A DNA stretch of 64,000 nucleotides from the NCBI RefSeq assembly GCF_045037415.1, contig NZ_CP173440.1; one strand, 5' to 3'. The translations under genes and the position numbers were made by a program. Within the stretch, counting starts at the first letter, position 1, and each line of letters begins with the position of its first letter. Origin of the DNA: Escherichia coli (GTDB lineage: Bacteria > Pseudomonadota > Gammaproteobacteria > Enterobacterales > Enterobacteriaceae). The notes beneath the pieces were generated by a model, which searched no databases, was not told where the DNA came from, and saw only the letters and a program-made list of their open reading frames with translations. Shown one piece after another: positions 19,376 to 29,361 of the stretch.

Positions 19376-20260
19376 ATGGCCAATGATAACAATCAGTTAG
19401 CGCTAATTATCACTGAGCAAGATAAAAGTTCTGGTGAAGTTATACATTTGGTTCCTAACTCAAAACAGAGTATTCAACCTAAATCGCTACTGCGATTGGG
19501 GGTCTTTGTTCCGACAGTCAAGGATGGCAGCGACCCTATGGCACGAGGTCATGTCATCGATGCAACGACTGAGTTGTGTCGTCTTTCTTCTATCGCTGGA
19601 GAGGGGTACGAAAAGATTAGTATTTTTGGGCCCAGGCTTGATATGGATACGGATTTCAAAGTCTGGCTAGGGATCGTGGACACACTCGCCAACACGTTTC
19701 TTGAGCCTGATGGGACTGTTAGGGTCAATTTTATTGATTTTGCTTTCAGTTGTGGGCTTGCTACAAAACGAGTTGATTCAAGGTTAAGGAAACGTTTTAG
19801 CGACTCACTGACACGGATCCAGCACACCCATTTCCAGTTCATCAAAAACTCAACAGTAGAAGGGAAAAAAGTAAAGATCGACATGAGCCTGGTGTCTACT
19901 TCTTACTATGATGAGGGAACCGATGAGGTCATTATCAGGCCAAATCCGGATTTGAATACTCTGTATCGTGTCGACGGGAAGACCCGACTTTACTTAAAAA
20001 TATTGAAGACCCTGTCTCGAAAAGAATCAGCCCAGGCACTGTATCTTTATCTAGTTGAATTACCTGACCATTTTTATCGCATTGGATTCGACCGCTTAAG
20101 AGAACGGTTGCAGCTGACTTCACACAAAGGTGCTCAGAATGCGACGATAAAAAAAGCGTTAGAGCAACTGGATGAAGCTGGTTTTTTAAAATACACGATA
20201 GAAAAAAATCGTGGGGATTATGTACTGGTCATTCTTAGTCGAAACAAAAAAGTTACCTGA
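19376..20260 (+). CDS. repA: Iteron-type replication initiator RepA (IncHI-like replicon)
   Basis: 294-aa ORF flanked on both sides by iterons that share the CAACGCTGGCGGG core. The IncHI assignment is inferred from the neighbouring trh genes. Confidence 0.75.
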   Translation: MANDNNQLALIITEQDKSSGEVIHLVPNSKQSIQPKSLLRLGVFVPTVKDGSDPMARGHVIDATTELCRLSSIAGEGYEKISIFGPRLDMDTDFKVWLGIVDTLANTFLEPDGTVRVNFIDFAFSCGLATKRVDSRLRKRFSDSLTRIQHTHFQFIKNSTVEGKKVKIDMSLVSTSYYDEGTDEVIIRPNPDLNTLYRVDGKTRLYLKILKTLSRKESAQALYLYLVELPDHFYRIGFDRLRERLQLTSHKGAQNATIKKALEQLDEAGFLKYTIEKNRGDYVLVILSRNKKVT

Positions 20261-20402
20261 GTTATTTAGGTAAAATCAGTCATTTACATTACACACTGAC
20301 TCCAGAGTGTAGTTTCAAGAGTTCGGGTTTTTAGCTAACGCAGCAAACCGCACCAGGTAATTACCCTCCAGGGATGAGGCTTTACACCAGCAGCACCCTG
20401 TT

Positions 20403-21536
20403 TACCCGCCAGCGTTGAGGATGACCACCAGCAGCGACCACGCTTACCCGTCAGCGTTGAGGATGGTCACTGGTATCGCCCCTGTTTACCCGCCAGCGTT
20501 GACGGTGACCACCGACAGCGGCCACGCTTACCCGCCAGCGTTGAGGATGACTACCGGCAGCGGTCCCGTTTACCCGCCAGCGTTGAGGATGACTACCGGC
20601 AGCGGTCCCGTTTACCCGCCAGCGTTGAGGATAGCCACCGTCAGCGGCCACGTTTACCCGCCAGCGTTGAGGATAGCCACCGTCAGCGGCCCCGTTTGCC
20701 CGCCAGCGTTGAGGATGAGCACCGGCAGCGGCCACGTTTACCCGCCAGCGTTGAGGATAGCCACCGTCAGCGGCCACGCTTACCCGCCAGCGTTGAGGAT
20801 AGCTACCGTCAGCGGCCACGCTTACCCGCCAGCGTTGAGGATAGCCACCGTCAGCGGCCACGTTTACCCGCCAGCGTTGAGGATAGCCACCTTCAGCGGC
20901 CACGTTTACCCGCCAGCGTTGAGGATGAGCACCGTCAGCAGCCCCGCTTACCCGCCAGCGTTGAGGATAGCCACCGTCAGCGGCCCCGTTTGCCCGCCAG
21001 CGTTGAGGATGAGCACCTGCAGCGGCCCCGCTTACCCGCCAGCGTTGAGGATGAGCACCGTCAGCAGCCCCGCTTACCCGCCAACGTTGAGGATAAGCAC
21101 CGTCAGCGCCCCCGTTTGCCCGCCAGCGTTGAGGATGAGCACCGGTAGCGGATCCGTTCACCCGCCAGCGTTGAGGATAAGCACCGTCAGCGGTCACGTT
21201 TACCCGCCAGCGTTGAGGATAAGCACCGTCAGCGGTCACGTTTACCCGCCAGCGTTGAGGATGAGCGCCGTCAGTGGATCCGTTTACCCGCCAGCGTTGA
21301 GGATAAGCACCGTCAGCGGTCACGTTTAACCGCCAGCGTTGAGGATGAGCGCCGTCAGTGGATCCGTTTACCCGCCAGCGTTGAGGATAAGCACCGTCAG
21401 CGGTCACGTTTAACCGCCAGCGTTGAGGATGAGCACCGGCAGCGGCCCTGTTTGCCCGCCAGCGTTGAGGATGAGCACCGGTAGCGGATCCGTTTACCCG
21501 CCAGCGTTGAGAATGATTCCCCTCCACCGACCCCGG
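20403..21536. repeat. 27 tandem 42-bp iteron-containing repeats (copy-control/incompatibility array)
   Basis: Unit ~GTTTACCCGCCAGCGTTGAGGATRAGCACCGTCAGCGGYCAC. I counted 27 copies of the CCAGCGTTGA core (three with a one-base variant). The core is the inverted complement of the upstream 21-bp iterons. Confidence 0.9.
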
Positions 21537-21702
21537 TTACACGCCAGCTTTGACACTACCAGCGACTACAGTCGACATTAAAATCGCCGTGACCTGCTGC
21601 AGCGCGATATACGCCCGGCTGGCATCAAAAGAATTTTAACCAAACAGCACACATCCAGCGGTACAGGAGGCCAGGTTTAACCCGGGGCAGAAACAGATTG
21701 AT

Positions 21703-22770
21703 CTATAGCGACTTGTTAGGATCATTTAGCAAAAACCAATCCCGAAAGGCCTGCTTGCTATCGAAGGTGGGAAGGTTATGTATGGACAAGTTCCAGTTAA
21801 TGATTTTCACTATAAAAGACAAAAATTCAATTTCAGCCTCATTCAGTACACCCTCTCCTTTTTTCCGTATATAGAAGTCATACCATCGTTCGTAGGCGGC
21901 AACATTGATAGATTCAGATGCTTCCAGAAGCCGGGGGATATAATAAACCAGTTCTTCAAAGGCAATACTGCCTTGAGGGATATCAGAACGGCTCAGGCGA
22001 CAAAGAAGGTTAATCGTGGCTCGAAGGTGATGCCACTGCTGTGCCGGGGAGGATGGGAGGGCGTTCATGCTTATCGGAAGTTCATGAGGAATTAAAGCAA
22101 GGATCTGATTTCCACTGGTAGACAGCTCACGCCGGTACTGGTGTAGAGTATGGTGTTTAACCTTCTTCATCATAGGATGGTAGATCCATTTTTTCGCTTC
22201 CTCAGAAACGAAAAGTAACTTTTCTATCGCATCCATCATCTTTATGCCTTCTCCACTCTCACGATATGGAGCGATGATACTTTCAATCCGAACGGCATCG
22301 ATCTCCACCAGCGCCAGCTGGTCTGTTTGCGCTAACAGGTCTGGATTGGGCTGGATATCCTCCGACGTATCATTAATAAATATCCCGATTGTCGTATCGT
22401 TACATATCCCTGTGAGGTCAGCATTAAGGCCACAAACAATCCCACCACCAGCGAGATTTTTGAGGTTAACTATCCCTTTCTCCTTACCCTGCAGAAGATG
22501 AGGGAGAGCAAGGTATTTTTTTTCCTGTATTTTCACCTTTATGTATTTTTTTATATGTTGTAGTGTGAGCTCACTACAAACCCCTTTTACTTCTGTGCTG
22601 TGGCTAAAATGCCATTTTTTATTTTGACCCTGTTTGGCAATCAGGGAGGTCCCACAGATGAGGCAGATACAGTTACACGAAAGCCCATTTTCAACGCTGG
22701 CGATATCAACAATTTTATTTGAATCCGTATCAAATCCAAACGGGATCCATTTTTGTGCATTACGTCGCAT
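21703..22770 (-). CDS. Hypothetical 355-aa protein with a CoiA-like zinc-ribbon N-terminus
   Basis: N-terminus GLSCNCICLICGTSLIAKQGQNKKWHFSHS resembles the CoiA-type Cys/His cluster. The rest is unassigned. Confidence 0.45.
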   Translation of the reverse strand: MRRNAQKWIPFGFDTDSNKIVDIASVENGLSCNCICLICGTSLIAKQGQNKKWHFSHSTEVKGVCSELTLQHIKKYIKVKIQEKKYLALPHLLQGKEKGIVNLKNLAGGGIVCGLNADLTGICNDTTIGIFINDTSEDIQPNPDLLAQTDQLALVEIDAVRIESIIAPYRESGEGIKMMDAIEKLLFVSEEAKKWIYHPMMKKVKHHTLHQYRRELSTSGNQILALIPHELPISMNALPSSPAQQWHHLRATINLLCRLSRSDIPQGSIAFEELVYYIPRLLEASESINVAAYERWYDFYIRKKGEGVLNEAEIEFLSFIVKIINWNLSIHNLPTFDSKQAFRDWFLLNDPNKSL

Positions 22771-22855
22771 GTATATTCCTCGTTAAAAATGAGTAAAGGA
22801 ATTCTACATCATCCGTTTTTATCAAACCTGGAATAACAGCGTCTAATTACATTAT

Positions 22856-23110
22856 TCATATCTCATCGGGGATGAGATGCCACATGGAAGCAGGTATTTT
22901 GTCATAGTTTTTTTTCATGTAGATCTCAGCCCTGCGGTGATCATAAGCTCCGTTCAGGCTGGTTATCTTATTCATATCCCCACCTTCATCATTTAATTTA
23001 TCCAGGATACGCTCAAACACTCGGTCAAGGGTTTCAGTCGTACTGCACTTTCTGAACTTCAGGAGATAGGTTTCTCTCAGGCTACTGTGCGCATTTGGGC
23101 TTTTCAACAA
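22856..23110 (-). CDS. hha: Hha/YmoA-family modulator (H-NS co-regulator)
   Basis: TYLLKFRKCSTTETLDRVFER...AYDHRRAEIYMKKNYDKIPASMWHLI aligns by eye with E. coli Hha ([21 protein letters not shown]...[26 protein letters not shown]). Confidence 0.85.
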   Translation of the reverse strand: MLKSPNAHSSLRETYLLKFRKCSTTETLDRVFERILDKLNDEGGDMNKITSLNGAYDHRRAEIYMKKNYDKIPASMWHLIPDEI

Positions 23111-23259
23111 CGACGCTCCGGGGCATGTTCAAAAACACTGGCTATTTTCGAAAACAGTAAACGAAGTTCCACGCACAGGCAAGAGAAGCCATTTGATTAA
23201 TTCACGTTCTGCCTGGATTTGAAAAAAAACAATGTTACTATACTGGCTATAAAAACAGT

Positions 23260-25170
23260 GTGCGCCGGGGAACCGGTTAGAGATCAAGGGGTGAAAGTCC
23301 CCGACCATTGAAGGACCAGCAATCCACAAGGTCCCCGAGTCATGCGTTGCATACCGCGAGGTATGGGGCGAAGCGTTGACAGGGGTGTTGACAGGCCAGC
23401 CATTGAGCCACGAAATGTATATTAAATTACCGGGTGCCGACGTTGTACTGTTAACGGAAGGCAACATCATAGGGTGCGATACTGCGAGTGCCACATGGAC
23501 CCGGCGGGGTCTGAGACCCTGGCATGTCAATACGATCTCTACGCGGGAACCGGGAGATCTCCCCTCTGACCATCTGCCAGTGTCGGAGATGGCCCGCACC
23601 GGGAAGACGAGGAGTCATAGCCGGTGATGTACGGAGAGGAGAAGTCGGACTCGCTCATAGTAGCGGCGAAGCAGGCGAACAACCCGAAAGGAGCGGAGTC
23701 AGTGGAGCGAAGGAGCGGGGCCAAGGGGAACGCGGAACAGCCACACATGCGCCGGACACAGAGCCGGGAAAGCATGTCACAGAGGCTGTCACGCGTGCGG
23801 GAAGCTGCGAAGCAGCGGAAGAAAGAACGGTTTACAGCATTGTTCCACCTGCTGACAGTCGAAGCACTGGAAGCCGCATTCCTCTCCCTGAGCAGGAAAG
23901 CGGCCGCCGGAGTGGATGGCATCAGGTGGATGGACTACGCCGGAAACATGAAGAACAACATAACAGATCTGCACCGGAGGCTACATCAGGGCAGCTACAG
24001 GGCGCAGCCCGGCAGGCGTCACTACATCCCAAAAGCGGATGGAAAACAACGCCCGCTCGGCATCGCCTCGCTGGAGGACAAGATCGTCCAGTATGCGCTG
24101 GTGAAAATCCTGAACGCAGTCTATGAAAACGACTTTATGGGGTTCTCATACGGGTTCAGACCCGGGCGAAGCCAGCACGATGCACTGGACGCACTGGCCA
24201 CAGGGCTGGTACGCACTAACGTAAACTGGGTACTGGATGCCGACATCAGTCAGTTCTTCGACAGGGTGAGCCACGAATGGCTGATCAGGTTCACAGAGCA
24301 TCGGATCGGCGACCGGAGGGTAATCAGGCTCATACGTAAGTGGCTCACAGCCGGGACGTCGGAGGAGGGTCAATGGCGAGCAACGGAGGAAGGCACCCCA
24401 CAGGGTGCGGTCATCTCACCGCTGCTGGCAAACATATACCTCCACTACGTCTTCGATCTGTGGGCGCATCAGTGGCGACGTCGCTATGCCACAGGCAATG
24501 TGGTAATGGTCAGATACGCCGATGACATCGTCATCGGGTTCGACAAACGATACGATGCCCGGCGCTTCCGTATAGCCATGCAGCGCAAACTGAGGGAGTT
24601 CGGACTCACGGTTCACCCGGAGAAAACCCGTCTGATGGAGTTCGGCCGCTTCGCTGCCGAAAACCGTGCCATCAGGGGAAAAGGCAAACCAGAAACGTTC
24701 AACTTCCTCGGGTTCACGCACATCAGCGGGAAAGATCGCAACGGCAGGTTCATGCTGATACGAAAGACCCGCCGGGATCGGATGACGGCAACTCTGAAAG
24801 CCATCAAAGACGGTCTGCGAAGGCGCTGGCATTACTCAATCCCCGAACAGGGAAAATGGCTCAGGAGAGTGGTTCAGGGATACCTGAACTATCACTCGGT
24901 ACCGGGCAACTTCCCCACCATGCAGAAGTTCAGGACACACGTAACAAACCTCTGGCGCCGGGCGCTCAGGCGCAGGAGCCAGAAGGATGATACGACCTGG
25001 ACGAAAGCAAACAAACTGGCAGCCGCATGGCTACCAAGGGTTCGGGTTCTTCATCCATGGCCTGTGGAGCGGTTCACCGCCAGACACCCGAGGCAGGAGC
25101 CCGGTGCGTAAATCGCGCACGCCGGGATCTGTGCGGGGGGTATCCGGTAACGGGTATCCCTACCGCGACA
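23260..25170 (+). mobile_element. Bacterial group II intron (ribozyme plus intron-encoded protein); 3' end approximate
   Basis: 5' GTGCG at 23260. The RT/maturase ORF sits in the middle. A domain V-like hairpin GAGCCCGGTGCG...CGCACGCCGGGATC lies at ~25097-25129 and has a 2-nt bulge. A domain VI-like stem has a bulged A at ~25162, 7-8 nt before a ...GAC end. Confidence 0.75.
23624..25111 (+). CDS. ltrA: Group II intron reverse transcriptase/maturase
   Basis: 495 aa with RT motifs, including MVRYADDIVIGF (YADD), and a C-terminal maturase region. Confidence 0.9.
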   Translation: MMYGEEKSDSLIVAAKQANNPKGAESVERRSGAKGNAEQPHMRRTQSRESMSQRLSRVREAAKQRKKERFTALFHLLTVEALEAAFLSLSRKAAAGVDGIRWMDYAGNMKNNITDLHRRLHQGSYRAQPGRRHYIPKADGKQRPLGIASLEDKIVQYALVKILNAVYENDFMGFSYGFRPGRSQHDALDALATGLVRTNVNWVLDADISQFFDRVSHEWLIRFTEHRIGDRRVIRLIRKWLTAGTSEEGQWRATEEGTPQGAVISPLLANIYLHYVFDLWAHQWRRRYATGNVVMVRYADDIVIGFDKRYDARRFRIAMQRKLREFGLTVHPEKTRLMEFGRFAAENRAIRGKGKPETFNFLGFTHISGKDRNGRFMLIRKTRRDRMTATLKAIKDGLRRRWHYSIPEQGKWLRRVVQGYLNYHSVPGNFPTMQKFRTHVTNLWRRALRRRSQKDDTTWTKANKLAAAWLPRVRVLHPWPVERFTARHPRQEPGA

Positions 25171-25196
25171 TCAGTGAAAAGACATGAGATCTTCCC

Positions 25197-26333
25197 ATGA
25201 CAGATAAAACCAAACTGGTTGCTATCTCACGAACCGATGACATAAGTGCTCTGGATGCACTCAAGCTGTTGCGGTTTCGCCGGTACAATACGGCCAGAAG
25301 TCAGTTAAGGGTCACGAGTGTCTGGTCTGCATGGTGCGCCAGGCACGGTCTGACCCCCTTCCCGGTCACAGCGGTTGATGTCGAGCGCTATATTAATGGG
25401 CTGAATGGATCCGTTAAAATGGCGACTATCTCTCATTTTATTGCATGCCTTTCAAGCGTTAACAGCAGCCTGGGTTTTCCAGACTTCCGCAACGTTCTGA
25501 TAAAAGCACTGGTTCAGGTATGGCGGGCGCGGGAGAATGAGAAAAAAATCGTCACCGGTCAGGCCCTTCCATTTCTTATATCCGATCTCAATATTCTTCG
25601 CCGGTCGCTGCATAAAAGCGACGACCTGAGAGACATACGGGACCTTGCAATGATATGGGTTGGGTTTGAAACCCTGCTGCGTAACGTGGAAATTCGAAGG
25701 ATTAAAACCGGCGACCTGAAATGGCAAAATGACACGTCCTGTTACCTTCTGGATGTCATGCGGACCAAGACAAGCCTTTCAAGTAACCTGACATTTCAGC
25801 TCTCACCACAATGCAGTCAGCATGTCAGACGGTTGATTGAGACGGTGGAATACACCGATACCGAAACCTTCGGGCACCGTTTTCTTTTTCAGCCTGTAAA
25901 CATCCATACGAACCGATATTTCCCGTCCACCAGCAGTAAGCTATCCCGGGGTAAATCCATAGACAGGATGCTGGTCAAAGCAGGATTCAGTGAGGGGTTA
26001 CTGACGCAGTTACAGAATGAATCAAAGGTATCACGGGAAGATGTTGGAATGCTGTCCTCTAATTCACTGAACCAGGCATTTGCACGCCTCTGGGGGATTG
26101 CCGGGAAGGTCAGCGACAGTAACCGACAGTCCGGGCGGTACCGGACATGGACAGGACACAGTGTGCGTGTGGGGGGAGCCATAGAGCTGTTTAAGGCCGG
26201 GTACTCACTGGAAAAGATTACCGAGATGGGGAACTGGTCTGATCCAAAGATGGTCTTCCGTTATATCCGTGGATATCTTGCCAGTGAAAAAGCCATGGTA
26301 AGCTTTATGCGTAATCATCTGGACGACATATAG
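25197..26333 (+). CDS. Tyrosine site-specific recombinase
   Basis: C-terminal catalytic pattern ...WTGHSVRVGGAIELFKAGYSLEKITEMGNWSDPKMVFRYIR (HxxR...Y). Confidence 0.8.
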   Translation: MTDKTKLVAISRTDDISALDALKLLRFRRYNTARSQLRVTSVWSAWCARHGLTPFPVTAVDVERYINGLNGSVKMATISHFIACLSSVNSSLGFPDFRNVLIKALVQVWRARENEKKIVTGQALPFLISDLNILRRSLHKSDDLRDIRDLAMIWVGFETLLRNVEIRRIKTGDLKWQNDTSCYLLDVMRTKTSLSSNLTFQLSPQCSQHVRRLIETVEYTDTETFGHRFLFQPVNIHTNRYFPSTSSKLSRGKSIDRMLVKAGFSEGLLTQLQNESKVSREDVGMLSSNSLNQAFARLWGIAGKVSDSNRQSGRYRTWTGHSVRVGGAIELFKAGYSLEKITEMGNWSDPKMVFRYIRGYLASEKAMVSFMRNHLDDI

Positions 26334-26351
26334 ATTTTACTGAGAGAAACG

Positions 26352-26383
26352 CCAGCACTCAGCAACATGTTTCTGAGCGCTGG
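26352..26383. terminator. Hairpin between convergent genes
   Basis: CCAGCACTCAG pairs with CTGAGCGCTGG (one mismatch) between the stops at 26333 (+) and 26399 (-). Confidence 0.45.
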
Positions 26384-26398
26384 TCACTTATGAACTTT

Positions 26399-26716
26399 TC
26401 AGATATTCAGTTCTTTCAAATCTGTCACAACAAAATCCCCTTTTCCTGAAAGACTGTCAAAATCATCGAGTGTAAATTCATGGGTGTGATACCAAATGAC
26501 CCTGCATGTGGGGCAGGTAACAGGTAACAAATCTTCCGCTAACTTTTCGCTGTTATGGATAACCTCACCCATCTCGTTATGTTCGACAATATAACCACTT
26601 ATGCAAAGGGTTTCGTACCCATGAGCACCGGTAACAATATGGGTTGCTGTTCTCTCACGAATTTCCCCATTAATTTTAATCTGCTCTCGAGTGGTAATCG
26701 TTCTTTTATTATTCAT
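26399..26716 (-). CDS. Hypothetical 105-aa protein
   Basis: ORF only. Contains a CPTC motif. Confidence 0.4.
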   Translation of the reverse strand: MNNKRTITTREQIKINGEIRERTATHIVTGAHGYETLCISGYIVEHNEMGEVIHNSEKLAEDLLPVTCPTCRVIWYHTHEFTLDDFDSLSGKGDFVVTDLKELNI

Positions 26717-26867
26717 GAAAACTCCGGATGATATTTAAAAACGGCTGACATTGCTCCCTGCTTCGGAATAATTGTGAAGGCAGCCAGGAAACCTGAAAAT
26801 ATGTTACCCTGTGCCTGAATCAGTTCTGGTGCGTCTCACGAATGAAAATGAGAGGCGATATCATGGA

Positions 26868-27191
26868 TTATCCTTTTTGAGCAGCTTTTTCTTCTTTTCT
26901 TTGTTTTTTTAATCTCCGTTTTGCCCGGAAATTTGCAACGGTATAGAGAGTGACAGATGCAATGAAATTCACCAGTGCAGCAAACTCTACTGCCAGATTG
27001 ATCACGGCAGGTTTGACAGGAAGCCAGAGTGAGACAAGGAGAAGGAGGAACGATGTGATACACCGTAAGGCGTGTACATTAGAGCCTCCACTCTGGTTAA
27101 TCATACCCGTACCGGAACAGATTTTGTTTGTCAGATAATTTAATCCGAATGCACAAACAGCAGTTACTAACAAGAAAATAGCGTAAGTCAT
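26868..27191 (-). CDS. Small membrane protein (107 aa, ~3 TM, basic tail)
   Basis: Hydrophobic segments and a KRRLKKQRKEEK tail. The start overlaps the upstream stop (ATGA-type coupling). Confidence 0.5.
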   Translation of the reverse strand: MTYAIFLLVTAVCAFGLNYLTNKICSGTGMINQSGGSNVHALRCITSFLLLLVSLWLPVKPAVINLAVEFAALVNFIASVTLYTVANFRAKRRLKKQRKEEKAAQKG

Positions 27192-27946
27192 TTTTCCTCC
27201 AGAGGCTTTAATCTTAATTTGACCACGTTAACCAGTTTCATTACTCCCGCCTCATCCGGTACGAAAATGTAACGACATCTCGGCCATGTCGCGTGTGTAA
27301 ATATCTTACCAGCGGTGTTGATATTCAGAGGCATAAGCCTTTCAGTCTTACTCAACGGCATTTTCTCTATCGGGATCAACCCTGACTTAAAACTTTTTAT
27401 CATTAAGTCGAGAGGGGTTTTACAATCTTTATTGCTCATCGTTTCTGTGTAACGGATCATCCCGGCAATCGTTACCTGTATCGTTCCTATATCAGATTCG
27501 AATTTCGGCAGCACCGGCCAGTAAGGAATTTCAAAATCCACACTGGTAAGCGCCTGTTCGTAACCCTGCTCATTTGTTTCTGCAACCGTTTTAAGGCCTG
27601 GAAACCGGGCGTGCATAAATTTGATAATCTTTACCACATTGGGCGTGCTGGCCTGACGCTGATATATCTCTGGCAGCCATGTGGACGTGGTGGCCCATGT
27701 CGTGGTGCATGCATAAGTTTTTTGCTCCATATGCCATAAAATAGAGGTGTCAGCCAGGAAGTGATGAACAGTCAACAGCTCGGCCAGCAGCCGATCTTCA
27801 TCTGGATGTGTTATGGCATTTTTGAAACAGACCTGTACACGAAAACGTTCTTTTGCAGACAGAAAAGTGTTTCCCCTACTGACGGCCACTTTGTATAACC
27901 TCCTGGCCGGATCAGCTTCACAAATCCCGGTTAAAATCCGGCTCAT
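27188..27946 (-). CDS. Hypothetical 252-aa protein, translationally coupled to the Tus-like gene
   Basis: 4-nt overlap with the upstream gene. No family recognised. Confidence 0.5.
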   Translation of the reverse strand: MSRILTGICEADPARRLYKVAVSRGNTFLSAKERFRVQVCFKNAITHPDEDRLLAELLTVHHFLADTSILWHMEQKTYACTTTWATTSTWLPEIYQRQASTPNVVKIIKFMHARFPGLKTVAETNEQGYEQALTSVDFEIPYWPVLPKFESDIGTIQVTIAGMIRYTETMSNKDCKTPLDLMIKSFKSGLIPIEKMPLSKTERLMPLNINTAGKIFTHATWPRCRYIFVPDEAGVMKLVNVVKLRLKPLEEK

Positions 27947-28902
27947 TTTGACTCCCTGATGACTTCCACCAGCCCTATACGGGGCAGGACAGAACGATAT
28001 TTTTCATTAAAATCGCCGCGCTTCTGCCTTTCACCTTTTACGTAATTTTTTAACGGATTAAACCGGCCCGGTTCGCTGAACAAAATTAATGGTAAAGGCG
28101 CGCGAAAGTTGAGTTTGTACGGCCCATGAACATCATCTGGATCTTCAGGACTGGTGTACCGGATATTGACGTTAACAGCCGGAAAGTTACTTTCCCGGAT
28201 AAGCCGAAATTTTCTCAAATTTTCATCGTCATGACTCACTTCATCATTGAGCAACGACAGCATCATGATTTCTTCGGTTCGTTCCTGTTTCAGCCGTTTA
28301 ACATCCTGTTTTGTCAGACTGATATCCGGCTGGAGCTCAGTTATCTCCCTGCGTAAGCGGTCGATAACCGTTTCCAGCCGGGTAAATTTATGAATGACAG
28401 GGATTTGCCAGGTGAACCCCAGGGAGCGAATTTGCTCAGTAACGATCCGGATATTACGGGACACCTGTAAAGTCACCAGCCACGGGTAAACCTGGTGCAG
28501 AATTTCTGACCGGGAGTCCTGGTAATGAGTGATAGCTTTTACAGCATCAGCAAATTTGTCACGAAGCCGGTTGATTTCACCCACCAGCGACATCACCTGA
28601 TCATGATTGTTTCTGACCACAACGAACCCGGGGTATTTTCGGGTGATTTTGGTTGAATAATGCTCATCCCTGACATGGACTTTATCAACCCGCTGCTGCC
28701 GGTAAATATCCACCAGGGTGTCGACGTCGGGTACCGAATGAGTCACATTGATTTCCTGTGGCGGATTCAACTCCTCAACACTACGGGGCTCCGGGAGCGA
28801 GGCAAGGTAAGATGAGCCGATATCGCTGTGACGGAGTAAACTGTGCAGCTCACCGAGTTTGCGTAGTTGCTCTTCGTTGTAATGGGCAAAGTCAGTATTC
28901 AT
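27943..28902 (-). CDS. Tus-like DNA replication terminus-binding protein homologue
   Basis: The 319-aa length is close to E. coli Tus. By-eye colinear matches: GFVVVRNNHDQ../GVLCYQVDNLSQ, VYPWLVTLQVSRNIRIV/HLPGLITLNAYRTLTVL, SLGFTWQIPVIHK/LRFGWANKHIIKN, PLPLILF/PTPLIAL, LPRIGLVEV/IPRLHLYVA. Confidence 0.65.
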   Translation of the reverse strand: MNTDFAHYNEEQLRKLGELHSLLRHSDIGSSYLASLPEPRSVEELNPPQEINVTHSVPDVDTLVDIYRQQRVDKVHVRDEHYSTKITRKYPGFVVVRNNHDQVMSLVGEINRLRDKFADAVKAITHYQDSRSEILHQVYPWLVTLQVSRNIRIVTEQIRSLGFTWQIPVIHKFTRLETVIDRLRREITELQPDISLTKQDVKRLKQERTEEIMMLSLLNDEVSHDDENLRKFRLIRESNFPAVNVNIRYTSPEDPDDVHGPYKLNFRAPLPLILFSEPGRFNPLKNYVKGERQKRGDFNEKYRSVLPRIGLVEVIRESK

Positions 28903-28944
28903 ATCGTCTCCCGTATCGTATTCCTGAACGTGCGACGGTAATCG

Positions 28945-29352
28945 TTAAACAAACTCTGGTAAAGACTTAAACGTCAGCCATACAGGCTGGCGTCGCCCGT
29001 CCCTGCATACTCTGACGAGGCGATAACGGTTTTTCTCCATCGTGACCAGCCAGTACCCATCGGAGACAGGGCGATCGAGAGTGAACAGTTTTAACCCGTA
29101 AAAACCCATCGAGGTAAACAGACGCCCTTCCCGCTCCCGGAAAGAGACCGTAAAGGACGGGAACAGAAGCCAGAATGCAGTGAAGAAAACATACCAGGTA
29201 TACGGAACAGTCAGTTGTAGAATTTCATAGTTCCTGACGGTAGCTGTGACCAGGCCAAGGCTGAATACAGCAGCAATGCTGGCATATACTTTGAAAGACG
29301 CGCTATCGGAGTTTTTCCAGGTAATACCACTAATACAATGCACTTTGCTCAT
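28945..29352 (-). CDS. Membrane protein (135 aa, 2 TM)
   Basis: ORF with two hydrophobic helices. Confidence 0.45.
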   Translation of the reverse strand: MSKVHCISGITWKNSDSASFKVYASIAAVFSLGLVTATVRNYEILQLTVPYTWYVFFTAFWLLFPSFTVSFREREGRLFTSMGFYGLKLFTLDRPVSDGYWLVTMEKNRYRLVRVCRDGRRQPVWLTFKSLPEFV

Positions 29353-29361
29353 CGCCTTGCC

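Noticed and set aside
20415-21527. Long ORFs (304, 358 and 150 aa) with repetitive PPALR / QRWRVN / ASVED peptides.
   Set aside because: They lie entirely within the 27 x 42-bp iteron array and occur in several frames on both strands. 42 is divisible by 3, so any stop-free unit yields an open frame. They are artefacts of the repeat.
20403-21536. Possible CRISPR array, given the regular 42-bp periodicity.
   Set aside because: There are no unique spacers: the whole 42-bp unit repeats. The core equals the repA iterons, and no cas genes are present.
23129-23599. A 156-aa minus-strand ORF and a 200-aa plus-strand ORF at the intron 5' region.
   Set aside because: They overlap the structured ribozyme domains I-III of the group II intron and the start of the RT ORF. 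There is no RBS or family signal.
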